NCBI GenBank assembly: GCA_043813075.1
Contig: JBDRLL010000041.1
Location: 1-64,000 of the forward strand
Source: Candidatus Altiarchaeota archaeon
GTDB lineage: Archaea; Altiarchaeota; Altiarchaeia; IMC4; SCGC-AAA252-I15
Reading direction: 5' to 3'
Length of the DNA stretch: 64,000 bases
The position numbers were made by a program, and so were the translations under genes. How positions within the stretch are numbered: the stretch's first letter is position 1; each line of letters starts with the position of its first letter. This document shows positions 37,811 through 48,532 of the stretch, piece after piece. Under the pieces are notes generated by a model. It saw nothing but the letters and a program-made list of their open reading frames with translations, was not told where the DNA came from and made no database searches.

Positions 37811-38341
37811 TCACTCGAATATTGTTATCTCACTGACCGTCCTCATCCTAACTATCGCTGCAGGACCTGTTGTTATCACATACTCGGAACAATGCCCGGA
37901 CGTTAGGAGGGTCTTGTTGCCGTAGAAGAGTATGTCCTTAAGCTGTTCTGAATCCAGGTCTGCGACGCAATCCCCAAGGCATTCGACAGAGTCGATGCAC
38001 TCCTTCCCATAATCGTATGCGCGGGGGTTGCAGACCTTCTCTGTCGAGTTCCCGATAACCCCCCAGTAGCCGTCATAGTATATGCATGCGTCAAATGATG
38101 ATGGCAGGCAGTAGCTGCTATTCCAGGGGGTAGTGTACCATATCCAACCATTGTCGATACCATGCTTCCTGCAGTATGGATAGCGCTTGATGAATATGCT
38201 CCAGTTAGCTGGCACTTCACCGATGATAGGGACTGTTGAGGTGGTAGTAGACTGCGTGCCATCATCCCCCGAAAAACCAGAGATAAGGTAGTGCGCGATT
38301 ATAGAGCCGGCTAAAAGCAGGAGGATAACCTTTACTTCCAC
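37811..38341 (-). CDS. Membrane-anchored or secreted Cys-containing hypothetical protein
   Basis: N-terminal hydrophobic segment, Thr linker, CNP...D.GK.C.DS.EC.G.C. Confidence 0.7.
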   Translation of the reverse strand: MEVKVILLLLAGSIIAHYLISGFSGDDGTQSTTTSTVPIIGEVPANWSIFIKRYPYCRKHGIDNGWIWYTTPWNSSYCLPSSFDACIYYDGYWGVIGNSTEKVCNPRAYDYGKECIDSVECLGDCVADLDSEQLKDILFYGNKTLLTSGHCSEYVITTGPAAIVRMRTVSEITIFE

Positions 38342-38407
38342 GTAAAAGAAATAGGTTCAGCACAATAAATACCAGCTTCATGAATGATGCGGCTTGAGTG
38401 TATGCTA

Positions 38408-39577
38408 CTATAGTCTTTCGTAGACGCTAACGTATTTCTTGCTCAACTCGCTCCAGTCGAATTTACGGGCCTCTTTAACGCACATCCCAGCCATCTTCTT
38501 TATGCTCTCGCCAGTCGTGTCGCCGAACAAGTATTTTATCCCCCATGCTATGCTCTCAGGAGTCTGATGAACCTTAACCCCAGTCCTGAAATTGTCTATC
38601 ACCTCTGAGGGGCCTCCAACATCACAGGCCACGACAGGAGTCCCGGAAGCCCACGCTTCAAGGGTTATTATCCCGAAAGGCTCGTTCCTGGAGGGCACAC
38701 AGACTATGTCAGCAGCCTTTAGAAGCCTCTTCTTATCCTCCTCAGAAACGTAACCCAGTATCCTTAGGTTATCCTGCACGCCAAGCCACCATCCGCGGCC
38801 CCTTAGATGGTCTAGTATGTCTCCTGTGCCTGCGAAGACGAACACTGTCGAAGGGAAGTCGCGTAATACTATGGGTACCGCCTCCATGAGCAGGTCAGGG
38901 CCCTTCTGGTATGATACCCTACCGAGGAATAGGACGACTGGGGTGAAGGGGTGTATGCCGTAGGACTCCTTGACGCGTCCAGCATCGATTTTTCCCGCGT
39001 ATTCGTCAATGTTTATCCCATTGTATATCACGGATATCTTGTCTTCAGGAATCTGGTATTCGCGCATTATCTCATGTTTCATGCCGTGGGATACTGTCGT
39101 GACCTGCTTGCTTATGTACCCGCCAAGCCACTCCCTGTGCCTTATCCTTGCTGAAAACCAGTTGTCCGCGAAGTGGTTCCCGTTCCTCCCGAACTCTGTG
39201 CTATGGCAGGTCCATACTAGGTTGTCGTAACCCTTGTTCGACTTTATGTTTGCTAAAGCATTCACGACATGCCAGTCGTGGGCGTGTAGGACGTCGAATT
39301 TCCCGTACTCTCCCTCGATGTGATGGAAGGAGGAGACCATGGAGTCGCCGAGATGGTCCATGTATTCTATGAAGTCTTCCATGCCGGGTGTGACACACCT
39401 GTGCTCGTGGACGCCGTTGATCTCGGCATGCTCAGGCTGCCCCTCCCCTATCCGGGTGAACACGTGGACTTCATGTCCTTTAGCAGCCAATGCTTCAGCA
39501 AGCCTTGTGGCTACTACTGCAACGCCTCCTGTGGGGACTGAGTTGAGAGTCTCCCACGAAAAGAATCCGATCCTCAT
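38408..39577 (-). CDS. GT4 glycosyltransferase, likely alpha-glucan related
   Basis: FFSWE....GG, HAHDW, HSTE.GRNG, QKGPD, PSRNEPFGI..LEAW. Confidence 0.93.
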   Translation of the reverse strand: MRIGFFSWETLNSVPTGGVAVVATRLAEALAAKGHEVHVFTRIGEGQPEHAEINGVHEHRCVTPGMEDFIEYMDHLGDSMVSSFHHIEGEYGKFDVLHAHDWHVVNALANIKSNKGYDNLVWTCHSTEFGRNGNHFADNWFSARIRHREWLGGYISKQVTTVSHGMKHEIMREYQIPEDKISVIYNGINIDEYAGKIDAGRVKESYGIHPFTPVVLFLGRVSYQKGPDLLMEAVPIVLRDFPSTVFVFAGTGDILDHLRGRGWWLGVQDNLRILGYVSEEDKKRLLKAADIVCVPSRNEPFGIITLEAWASGTPVVACDVGGPSEVIDNFRTGVKVHQTPESIAWGIKYLFGDTTGESIKKMAGMCVKEARKFDWSELSKKYVSVYERL

Positions 39578-39578
39578 G

Positions 39579-39788
39579 TTACTCGGCTAAAGCGATCATT
39601 AGCTTGTTTTTATCAGAGTCTACCCGAACCTTACCTTCACGGGCAAGCCAGCCCAGAGCCATGTCGAATAAATCGGTCTTTAGCTTTGATTTCTTCTTCA
39701 AATCCGTTGAAGTCATGGGTTTCCCGTTAGCGGATAACGTAGAATAGATTATCCCTGCAGAAGACCCTATTTCGCCCCATAAGTCCAT
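39579..39788 (-). CDS. Small winged-helix protein, DUF2582-like
   Basis: IG..AG.I...L...ALGWLAREGK signature; SD GAGGTG. Confidence 0.85.
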   Translation of the reverse strand: MDLWGEIGSSAGIIYSTLSANGKPMTSTDLKKKSKLKTDLFDMALGWLAREGKVRVDSDKNKLMIALAE

Positions 39789-39887
39789 TAAACCACCTCA
39801 AGATATATAGAGTTAGATATGTGCGATTTTGCTTAAAAATAGGTGTTTATATTGTCGAAATTACAATAACTTATGAGGTGTTGTGAC

Positions 39888-40046
39888 ATGTCTTTGACAC
39901 TTGCTATAGCAGCTGGCGGGTTATTTCTGATAGGCTTCTACTGCCTTTTCTATCTAGCACACCTATTAGACTGGAGTGTTAGAACATTGAGCGGTAACAA
40001 GCAGGGGCTTATCTTCGACCTTGAGCCGGTTAAAAACGAGGATTGA
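39888..40046 (+). CDS. Unannotated 52-aa single-TM protein (MSLTLAIAAGGLFLIGFYCLFYL...)
   Basis: Read by eye: TTTATAT element, SD GAGGTG, ATG at 39888; stop abuts the nop5 stop. Confidence 0.65.
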   Translation: MSLTLAIAAGGLFLIGFYCLFYLAHLLDWSVRTLSGNKQGLIFDLEPVKNED

Positions 40047-40047
40047 A

Positions 40048-41130
40048 TCAACTGTTAAGCGACTTCACGCGTGCTTCGAAGTCACTGCGTAGCTTATCCC
40101 CTATAAAGTCGCCTTTAAACGCGTCGGACCTGGAAGCCAAAGCCAGCTTAGCCGCGAAAGTACGGGCGATCTTGCCCCTCTGGTTCTGTGGGGCGCCCCT
40201 GATCTCTGGAAGCTGGAATATGACGCCATGCTTCGGCGGCTTCTTCCCTGTCTTAAGGAACCTGAAGAAAGCGTCTTCAGCGCCGAGTATCTGAATCGTT
40301 CCGGCAGGCATTATGGAAAGCCTCTTCATCCCGCCTGCGATAGTGATCACCCTAGCCCCCAGGAGCGGTCCTGCTAGCGCGCTAATGTTCGGCGCCACCT
40401 TAGACATCCTGCGGACTATGAAACCCTCTATCTCAGCCTTTGTCTTATACATCGAGAGTATCCTCGATGAAAGCTCTTTCACAGGCTCATAATCCTCCTC
40501 ACCCCACCCTACGCCTATAGAGTCGGTAGAACATTCCACTATCCTCTGATGCTGGGAACCGTCCAATCCAGTCTCCGACTTGCTGAACGACTCCCTCAAC
40601 CCGACTTCGTTCACGAGCCTAACATAGACTTCATGCTCTTCCACTATGTTCCCCAGCTCCGGGAAATGCAGTGAATACCATTCCCTAAGCCTAGTGGCCA
40701 TGCGGTTCAGCACTTCTTCCAGGTCGTCTATGCAGCCGACGGCCTGCATTATGTCCTGCTCTTCCTCCACATCCCTCATGGCCTCGCGGGTTAGTATTAG
40801 GTTCACGTCAGAGACAAGCGAGTCCACCTCCTTCCTGGAGACTCCTATGTCCTCCGCAATCGAGTATATGTCGACTACCGCATCGTCTTCGATGAACTTC
40901 AACCCCAGCTGCCTGCCGTGGAATCTGGAGGGGTTCTTGACAGTAACCGAGTCTCCGCCAGTTGACTTGTATTCCCGGAGAACATCCTCTTCCTCACTGC
41001 AGACTGAGTCCACAGTCTTCTCCAGTATCGAGGATACTGCAGCAGCGTCCCGGGGGAATATGCGTTTGGACAGTATCCTACCGTCTTTAAGCAGGAAGCA
41101 TCCTAGCACATTAGTCTCTAACCGCACCAT
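40048..41130 (-). CDS. nop5: C/D-box sRNP protein Nop5 (Nop56/58)
   Basis: RLREWY..HFPEL, APN...LAG..LGAR, TIQILGAE.A.F, PPKHGVIFQ, RGKIAR. Confidence 0.95.
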   Translation of the reverse strand: MVRLETNVLGCFLLKDGRILSKRIFPRDAAAVSSILEKTVDSVCSEEEDVLREYKSTGGDSVTVKNPSRFHGRQLGLKFIEDDAVVDIYSIAEDIGVSRKEVDSLVSDVNLILTREAMRDVEEEQDIMQAVGCIDDLEEVLNRMATRLREWYSLHFPELGNIVEEHEVYVRLVNEVGLRESFSKSETGLDGSQHQRIVECSTDSIGVGWGEEDYEPVKELSSRILSMYKTKAEIEGFIVRRMSKVAPNISALAGPLLGARVITIAGGMKRLSIMPAGTIQILGAEDAFFRFLKTGKKPPKHGVIFQLPEIRGAPQNQRGKIARTFAAKLALASRSDAFKGDFIGDKLRSDFEARVKSLNS

Positions 41131-41184
41131 TGTAGGAGAAAAAATATGGAATAGGGGGTTAATAAAACCCCCTCGAGGGTATAT

Positions 41185-43394
41185 TCAGCCTCCGAGGCTG
41201 GATCCCTTGCCCTTATCGAAGCTTCCCTTGCGCTTTGAACGGAACAGGTGGGCGGCTATTATCACTATTATGAACAATATAGCCAGCACAACCAGCACGA
41301 CAATCAGGGGCAGCAGCATGCCGGACAGCAGCGAGCTCTTCTTGGCGAATATGCCGGACGCCGCCTCGTATCCGTTGTCGCTGACTTCGAGGGTGTAGTT
41401 GCCTTCCAGCTCTGCGCCAGCCGACACTCTCCCGCTTGAACCGGTCTTCAGCGTCATCTTGTTGCCTGACGGAGACGTCACTATCACGTCGACCCCGGAT
41501 ACAGGCTTGCCCCTGCTGGTAAGGTTGATCACTATCTTGTCGTCCTCAAAGAAGGCGCCTATCATCACGGGCCGCGGCTTGACGTTGAATTCCGCGGATG
41601 CTGTGGAATAGCTCTGTTTTGATGCCTGCACGGTGTGTTTTCCTGATGCCTTCGGGGTGAAGGTGTATTTTGACGTGGCTTCCGTTGTTATGGTCCCGTC
41701 TGGGGCGGTCACCCTTATCTCGGAGTCTACTGCAAGCCCTGTTGAGTCGGTGGTGGTGATGGTTATGCTGCCGTCCAACTCGACTTCAGGCACGCTGAGG
41801 GCTATCTTAAGTTCGTCGCCTATTAGCAGGCTGGATTTTGACGTTGAATACCCGCTCTTGCTGACCACTATCGTGTGCTTGCCCACCTCAGACACCAGGA
41901 ACTTGTATAGTCCGTTGGCGTCTGTGGAACCGATTATCGGCTTGCCTTCGACAGACACGCTCGCACCCTCCACAGGGTTCCCGCCTGAGTCCAGCACCTT
42001 CACTACCACTTCACTCCCCTTCTGCAGGGAGTCTGCGGCAGGTAACTTCACGTCGAAATTGTTCTCAACCTTGAAGGTGTCGGTAGCCTCCTCGAAACCG
42101 GTCTTCGAAGCCTTCACAGTGTAGTCTCCGGAGGATGACGGGGTGTAGGAGAGTTTTCCTTCGGTGTTGGTCTTCTCAGTTAGCGTCTGCGGGAGTCGCC
42201 TGCACGCACGATGGTTATCGTCGCGTCGGAAACGGGGTCTCCGTCAGCGTTCTTAACGAGTATCTCCACGGCTTTCCCCGAGTTCACGGACTCTGGAGTG
42301 GCTGATACTGACATCACCGGCCTTTCATCCAGTGTGACCGTCCTCATGACCAGGTCGTATGTCCCGTCGTCGCCTGCGGAAAGCGTGTACGTCCCCTTCG
42401 TGTTGAATGTGAATGATACTGAGCCGTCAATGCCTGTGCGTCCGGTGGTGTATGTTCCAGGACCGCTCACTGTCACGGTCACGCCGATGGCTGGGGCGCC
42501 GTCCGGGCGCGTCACGTTGACCTTGAATGCCTGCCCGACCTTCGGGGATTCTGGCATGGGAGCGCTCATCCTAAGGCTGTTGGAGACGTTGAATATTATG
42601 GTGTGGAGGCAGTATTCCGGGTCCTCATCCCACACGTCCAGCCGGTATGCGCCGTAGGCTTTGCTGCTGAACTCGTCTTCTATCGTGACTTCACGGGTGC
42701 CGTCGCTCTTAGTGTACTTGCTCCACGCGTCATCATCCTGGTCCCATGCGTTCTTGTCGCCCTTGTCTGAAAGCCAGGTTATGCGCATGTCAGCCCGGTC
42801 ATCGTATTCGTCGCCGTCTTCGTTAGTGACTTCTATCGTAATCTGGTCCTCGAGCGTGGGATTCTCCATGCTCAGCGAGACGGAACCGAATTCCGCCGCG
42901 TCACCACCCATCTCGTAGTTGTCGTCTGCCTCGTAGTCGTCCATCAGGTCGCCGTCAGACACTCTAACGGTCACGTCGTGGTCGCCGCAGTCGTAGGCCA
43001 TGAGGAGGGCGTTCCAGAGGTTGCGGTCGTCCTCGTCCTCGTCCTTGAATTTGTCGGAGTCTATGGTGTACTCGTAGTCTTCTCCTTCAGTGAACTCCAG
43101 CTCGAAGTCCTCCTCAAAGTGGACTCTGGTGCCGTCTATCTCGATGGTGAACTCCATCCGGGATTTTGACTTGTTTCCAGGCCCTATGTCCTCATCATCG
43201 AAGTCGACGTCCTTGAAAGTGATCTTCAGGACCAGGTCCTGGGCTAGATCCATGTTATCGTCGTCAATCTTCAGCTTAATCTCGTCGAATTGAACTTCAT
43301 CGTATGCGGAAGCGGTTTGTGCCACAGCCAGAAAAAGAGCGAGAACAATAAAAAATACGGGTAAAATCCGGGTTATACGACCATACTCCATCAT
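41185..43394 (-). pseudogene. Ig-repeat surface protein split by a 1-nt frameshift near 42191 (or an assembly error)
   Basis: ORF 42180..43403 and ORF 41185..42117 join as GDSPQTLTEKTNTEGKLSYTP...VKASK if one C is added to TCCCGC; signal peptide in the first part, TM anchor in the second. Confidence 0.75.
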
Positions 43395-43508
43395 TGAAAA
43401 CAACCTCCTTATAATTGTGTTTTTATTAATTTACCCCGACTGGTATCAAGGCTATTTTATATATTAAAAAAGAGCATATAAAAATGCTTTATAATACAAG
43501 AGAGTTGG

Positions 43509-45575
43509 TTATACCCCGCCTAGCCTGGATCCCCCCGACTCGTCGAACATTCGCGAAGACCCGGTCTTCCTGTGCTTGCCATGCTTCTTCCGGGGTTTTT
43601 TACCATCCACTGCCGGCGGCCCTCCCTTGTAGTGTTTCCACAACTGGATTCCCGCTATCAGGACTACTGAGACCGTTATTATCACGAAGACTGGGACTAC
43701 CAGGAGCAGTATGCGGTAGGACCTGGCTACGTCCTCCTTCCGCGTGATGCTCTCGTAATTCCTGTTTCCGCCGGTGTTCGCGGTCACCGTGACAATCCCC
43801 TCGCCCTCTATATCGAAGGATGCCACGCCCTGATTGTTTGTGACTGAATTCTGGGTCCGGGTCTTGGAGACGACCGTGACGTTTATGCCTGTCACCGGCT
43901 TGTCCCTGCTGGAGACCTTGACCAGAAGCCTCTCGTTCTCAGAGACGCTTGACGAGATGCTTAAAGGATGCGGGCTTACCTTGAGGAGGGTGTTGTTTGA
44001 TATGTAATTGGGTTTTGAGACCTCGATCTTGTATTCGCCAGGCTTCTCAGCCTTGAACTTCTTTTCCTGTGTAGTTGAGATTGTGGATATGTCGTCCGGG
44101 TCTATTATCTTTATGTCTGCGGCGACTTGGCCGTCGGGGCATGCGGTAACGGATGCGGTCACGTCATCCCCGACTTCAACCTCGTATTTGTCCAGCTGTA
44201 TGTTCAGGAAGCCGCAGGGCTTGACTGTAACGCTCGTGTTCCAGTAGCCTTCCTTGGCGACTTCGAGAACATACTCTCGTGAATCGTTCAGCAGGAATTC
44301 CACCTTACCCTCAGGGTCCGTCATCTTCCTGAGGGATGTTCCGAGAACCCTGACGACCGCGTCGCTGACCAGCTTGTTGTTCTGGTCTAGGACTATTATC
44401 TTTGTGACCGCCACCACTGTCGGGGTCTCAGGCTCCACGTTCACCTTGAAGCTGTTTAGGATGGTGAAGCCTCCATGGGAGGTGGCGTACTTTTCTTTCT
44501 GGACTTCAACCTCATAGTCGCCGATCATCATGCCCTCCCCGTAGGTGACCCTGCCGTCGCTCATTGAAGTGAACTCCTTGGAAACGCCGTCCGGCGAGGT
44601 TATTATGACCCGTGCATCGGAGAGAGGGCTTCCCCCCGCGTTGAGCGATATCGTGACGGGAAGTCCTAGAGCCGGGGTTTCGGGGGATATTGCTATTGCT
44701 ATGTCAGCCTTGTCGCGCACAATAAGGGTCTTGTTCACCCCCCAGTATCTCGTGCTTATGTCGCCGAGCGTGAGTATGTATTCGCCAGGCTCGCTTATCG
44801 TGAAGTTGGCGTAGCCGGCTATCGTGTTGCCGCGCACCACAGCATAAACCTTCCCGCCAGAGTCGAATATCTTCGTGCCTATGTCGGAGTTGGCTGGGAA
44901 GGCTATGACCACCATCTCGCCAACCACCGGGCTTTCAGGACGGGGGCCGTCGACTATCATCTCTTTCTTAGCGTAGAATTCCAGGTCCCCACAGTATTCG
45001 GAGTCGTCTATGTGGAGTGTGTGCTTCCCTGTGTTGTCTGGCTTGAACTTGAGGACTCCGTTGAATGCGCGAGTGCTTATCGTGTCCATCTGCGGGTGCC
45101 TGACTTCCACGTCCACCGTCGGTATCTGGCTGTTGGACTTCTTGTCTATCAGCGTTATCCTCACGTCCTTGTTCACTAGCGGAGCGGCAGGCTCGAACAG
45201 TATTTTAGGCACGTTGCCTATGTCGACGCCCATTGATTCGTTGTCTATCAGCTCTCCGCTGGACGTGAACAGCTCCACCCTCGCTTTGTGGGGGCCGCAT
45301 TTTAGCGTATACCTGTCCCAGTTGTCCAGAACCCATTCCCCCTCAATCTTGTCTTCGTCTATCTTCCCCACCTTCGGGCCGTAGTTTATTTCGTCTATGT
45401 AGAATTTGGCGTTTACGCCCACTGCTTCCCCTGATATTTCAGCGGTTAGTGTGAATTTCTTCCCGTATTCTATGGGGTCCTTGTCGATAGTCAGCTCCTT
45501 TAGTCTGACCGCGGATGCTACTGAAGCAAGCATCGAAAGTACTGCAATGGCTAGAATAAGTCTCTTAAGATACAT
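43509..45575 (-). CDS. Surface protein with tandem Ig/carboxypeptidase-regulatory-like repeats and C-terminal TM anchor
   Basis: Signal peptide ending ASA; repeated T..(D/E)G.V.F...G.Y.(I/L).V.K.(G/N)Y; TM helix followed by a basic tail. Confidence 0.85.
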   Translation of the reverse strand: MYLKRLILAIAVLSMLASVASAVRLKELTIDKDPIEYGKKFTLTAEISGEAVGVNAKFYIDEINYGPKVGKIDEDKIEGEWVLDNWDRYTLKCGPHKARVELFTSSGELIDNESMGVDIGNVPKILFEPAAPLVNKDVRITLIDKKSNSQIPTVDVEVRHPQMDTISTRAFNGVLKFKPDNTGKHTLHIDDSEYCGDLEFYAKKEMIVDGPRPESPVVGEMVVIAFPANSDIGTKIFDSGGKVYAVVRGNTIAGYANFTISEPGEYILTLGDISTRYWGVNKTLIVRDKADIAIAISPETPALGLPVTISLNAGGSPLSDARVIITSPDGVSKEFTSMSDGRVTYGEGMMIGDYEVEVQKEKYATSHGGFTILNSFKVNVEPETPTVVAVTKIIVLDQNNKLVSDAVVRVLGTSLRKMTDPEGKVEFLLNDSREYVLEVAKEGYWNTSVTVKPCGFLNIQLDKYEVEVGDDVTASVTACPDGQVAADIKIIDPDDISTISTTQEKKFKAEKPGEYKIEVSKPNYISNNTLLKVSPHPLSISSSVSENERLLVKVSSRDKPVTGINVTVVSKTRTQNSVTNNQGVASFDIEGEGIVTVTANTGGNRNYESITRKEDVARSYRILLLVVPVFVIITVSVVLIAGIQLWKHYKGGPPAVDGKKPRKKHGKHRKTGSSRMFDESGGSRLGGV

Positions 45576-45678
45576 TTTTCGTAAGATTATTGTATAATGT
45601 GCTTAAATACTGTTCCCACCCCGTGACTTACTTTCCAACATTAAGGTATATAAATAATATCTTATATAATAAAAATAC

Positions 45679-46137
45679 TTAGTCTAAGAATAATACCATT
45701 TGTATTGCGTCTTCTTTTTTGAGCGTATACTGCTTCAACAAAGCCTCGACAGAAAACCCGGAATCCATAAAGAAAAAAAACGCGTCCCTATTGGAAGACT
45801 TGACTGTCGCGACAACACGACCAACACCATGAGCCTTCAGGAAAGAGAGGACAAACCCCATCATTGAAGCGCCCACGCCACGCCCCCGATAACCATCGCC
45901 AACAGAAATCGGGCCAACCTCCGCACGACCGACAGTCTCGAAGAACAACACGCCGACATACCCGACAACCCTGCCGGAGTCCTCAGCCACAGCCAGACGA
46001 AAGTCGCTGCGCTCCGACACAGACAACACGAAGTCACGGTCCACCGGAAAGTCCTCGAACCATTGGGCGCTCTGAGAGTGGAGGCTGACAACATCATCAG
46101 CATCACCGGGCCTAAACCAACGCACCAACAGATCCAT
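45679..46137 (-). CDS. GNAT acetyltransferase
   Basis: V...YRGRGVG motif A, N..A..F...GF. Confidence 0.88.
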   Translation of the reverse strand: MDLLVRWFRPGDADDVVSLHSQSAQWFEDFPVDRDFVLSVSERSDFRLAVAEDSGRVVGYVGVLFFETVGRAEVGPISVGDGYRGRGVGASMMGFVLSFLKAHGVGRVVATVKSSNRDAFFFFMDSGFSVEALLKQYTLKKEDAIQMVLFLD

Positions 46138-46189
46138 CCGTTATTATTAATCAAGCACCAACTAATTTAATCAAACAAGGCCAGGGATT

Positions 46190-47404
46190 ATGAAGTACAT
46201 AATAATAGTCGGCGACGGCATGGCAGACAGGCCCATAAGGGAGCTCGGCGGGAAGACGCCGCTAGAGGCGGCCAAAACCCCTAAAATGGATGAGATAGCC
46301 CGTAAAGGCCGTTGCGGCATGGTCAAGCACTTTTACAAGGGCATGCCCCTTGACTCAGGGGTCGCTAACCTTAGCATACTGGGATACGACCCGAGGAAGT
46401 ACTACTCGGGAAGGGGGCCTCTCGAAGCAGTCAACATCGGAGTCAAACTCAATCCGGGAGACATCGCAATGAGGTTCAACTTCATCACCGTCGAGGATGG
46501 GAGGATAACAGACCCTTTCTCAGGCCACATCACCAACGATGAGACCAAGGTGCTCGTCGAAGAGTTGCGGAAGAATTTCGGGAGAGAAGGCGTTGAATTC
46601 TACCAGGGAGTCAGCTACAGGAACCTTCTCGTACTTAGGTCTGGTGCGGGATACAGCATGGAGTTCGAGTCAACCCCCCCGCACGACATAACCGGAGAGG
46701 ATGCGGGAGAACACATGGTGAAGGCGAAGTCGGAGGCAGGCAGGAAGACCGCGGACTTCCTCAACAACATGATTGATGAATCCGCCAGGATACTGGGAGA
46801 GCACCCGGTTAACAGGAGGAGGATTGAGGAGGGGAAGAACCCGGGCAACATGATATGGGTGCAGGGCGCTGGAGTGAAGACTGAGATGCCGCAGTTCAAT
46901 GAGAAGTACAAGCTCACAGGAGCGCTCATATCGGCCGTAGACCTACTGAAGGGGATGGCGAGGGAGATAGGCCTTGAAGTCATCAACGTACCCGGCGCCA
47001 CAGGATACTTGGACACCAACTATGAGGGAAAGGCTGACGCCGCATTGAAGGTGCTTGAGGAGAAGGATTTCGTGTTCACCCACATAGAGAGCACTGACGA
47101 GTCCGGGCACGAGGGGATAGTTGAGCATAAGATACGGGCTCTCGAGGACTTGGACAGTAGGGTTGTCGGGAGGATTATGAGGGGGCTTAGGGGGGATTAC
47201 AGGATAGCCATCACAGCAGACCATCCTACGCCAATAGAATTGAGGACCCATTCAGACGACCCTGTGCCTTTCGCGATATACGACAGCAGCATCGAAGACT
47301 CGGACGACGTGGAACGGTACACTGAGAGGGAGGTCATGGAGAAGGGCTCCCTTGGTAGCATCATAGGATACGAGTTCATGAACCTGCTGGTCAGACGCTC
47401 TTGA
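46190..47404 (+). CDS. apgM: Cofactor-independent phosphoglycerate mutase
   Basis: GDGMAD.P, KTPLE.A.TP.MD, S.VANLSILGYDP, DE.GH.G, ADHPTP. Confidence 0.95.
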   Translation: MKYIIIVGDGMADRPIRELGGKTPLEAAKTPKMDEIARKGRCGMVKHFYKGMPLDSGVANLSILGYDPRKYYSGRGPLEAVNIGVKLNPGDIAMRFNFITVEDGRITDPFSGHITNDETKVLVEELRKNFGREGVEFYQGVSYRNLLVLRSGAGYSMEFESTPPHDITGEDAGEHMVKAKSEAGRKTADFLNNMIDESARILGEHPVNRRRIEEGKNPGNMIWVQGAGVKTEMPQFNEKYKLTGALISAVDLLKGMAREIGLEVINVPGATGYLDTNYEGKADAALKVLEEKDFVFTHIESTDESGHEGIVEHKIRALEDLDSRVVGRIMRGLRGDYRIAITADHPTPIELRTHSDDPVPFAIYDSSIEDSDDVERYTEREVMEKGSLGSIIGYEFMNLLVRRS

Positions 47405-48494
47405 GATCCCAGTTCTCAGACATTGGAGTGAACTGGCTTGACTGGGGGCTCTCCGAGCCAGAGCCGAGTATGTTCGGGCTCTTTATGCCAGTGACTATCG
47501 TTATGACCTGTATCTTCTCCCTCAACGTCGGGTCGATGCGCGCACCCCATGTTACGGAAGCCTTAGGGTCAAGCTCCTTTGTTATCAACTCGCCGATCTC
47601 ATTGGCCTCGCCGAGGCTCATGTCGTCGCCGCCTATGATGTGTATGAGCGCGCCGCTGGCGTGACTGTAGTTCACTTCAAGCAGGGGGTGGTTGAGGGTG
47701 TTCCTGACCGCCTCCTCTATCCTGCCGGGGCCCTCGCCTTCGCCGACGCTGATGACCGCAACCTTCCCTCCGGAAAGCACCGCCTTGATGTCAGCGAAAT
47801 CCAGGTTGATGAGGCTTGGCTCCATGATGGTCTCTGTTATGCCCTTAAGCGCGCGGGCTGTCACCTCGTCTGCGACGCTGAACGCCTTGTCCAACGGCAG
47901 GTTAGGCACATACTCCACAAGCTTGTTGTTGTCTATGACTATGACTGTGTCGGCAGACTTCCTCATGTTCTCTATGCCCTCCCTGGCCTTGTCCAGGCGG
48001 GCGCGCTCCATCTTGAATGGGAACGTTACTATCGCAACGACTATGATGCCGAGATCACGGGCTATCTCAGCTATTACTGGAGAGGCTCCTGTGCCTGTGC
48101 CGCCTCCCATGCCGGCTGTGATGAACATCATGTGGGTGCCTGACAGGACTTCAGCTATCTCTCGCCTGCTTGACTCCGCCGCCTTGGCGCCCAGCTCAGG
48201 GAACCCTCCGGTGCCGAGGCCTCGCATAAGCTTGGCGCCTATGAGGACTTTCGTCACATTGCCCTGCAGCTTATGCAGGTCCTGCTTGTCGGTGTTTATC
48301 GCGATCAGCTCCGCGCCCTCTATGCCAATCCTCTGGAGGCGGTTGATCGTGTTGTTTCCCGCGCCACCGATCCCGCAGACAACTATGCGCAGGTGGCCCG
48401 CATCATCGAACTCATCGTAGAACCTTTTTTCCAGCGTACCGTGTTGTATAGCAGCGTCTACTATGGAGTCCACTTTATCTTGTAAGTTATTCAT
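47391..48494 (-). CDS. ftsZ: Cell division protein FtsZ (FtsZ2-like N-terminus)
   Basis: GGAGNNTINRL, GMGGGTGTG, INLDFAD; possible alternative GTG start at 48473. Confidence 0.97.
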   Translation of the reverse strand: MNNLQDKVDSIVDAAIQHGTLEKRFYDEFDDAGHLRIVVCGIGGAGNNTINRLQRIGIEGAELIAINTDKQDLHKLQGNVTKVLIGAKLMRGLGTGGFPELGAKAAESSRREIAEVLSGTHMMFITAGMGGGTGTGASPVIAEIARDLGIIVVAIVTFPFKMERARLDKAREGIENMRKSADTVIVIDNNKLVEYVPNLPLDKAFSVADEVTARALKGITETIMEPSLINLDFADIKAVLSGGKVAVISVGEGEGPGRIEEAVRNTLNHPLLEVNYSHASGALIHIIGGDDMSLGEANEIGELITKELDPKASVTWGARIDPTLREKIQVITIVTGIKSPNILGSGSESPQSSQFTPMSENWDLKSV

Positions 48495-48532
48495 AGGGGA
48501 AGGTATTTAAACACGTAAGCCACTTATTCATA

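Noticed and set aside
38342-38407. Possible C/D-box sRNA given nearby nop5
   Set aside because: AATGATGC is not a full RTGATGA box and no suitably placed CTGA follows.
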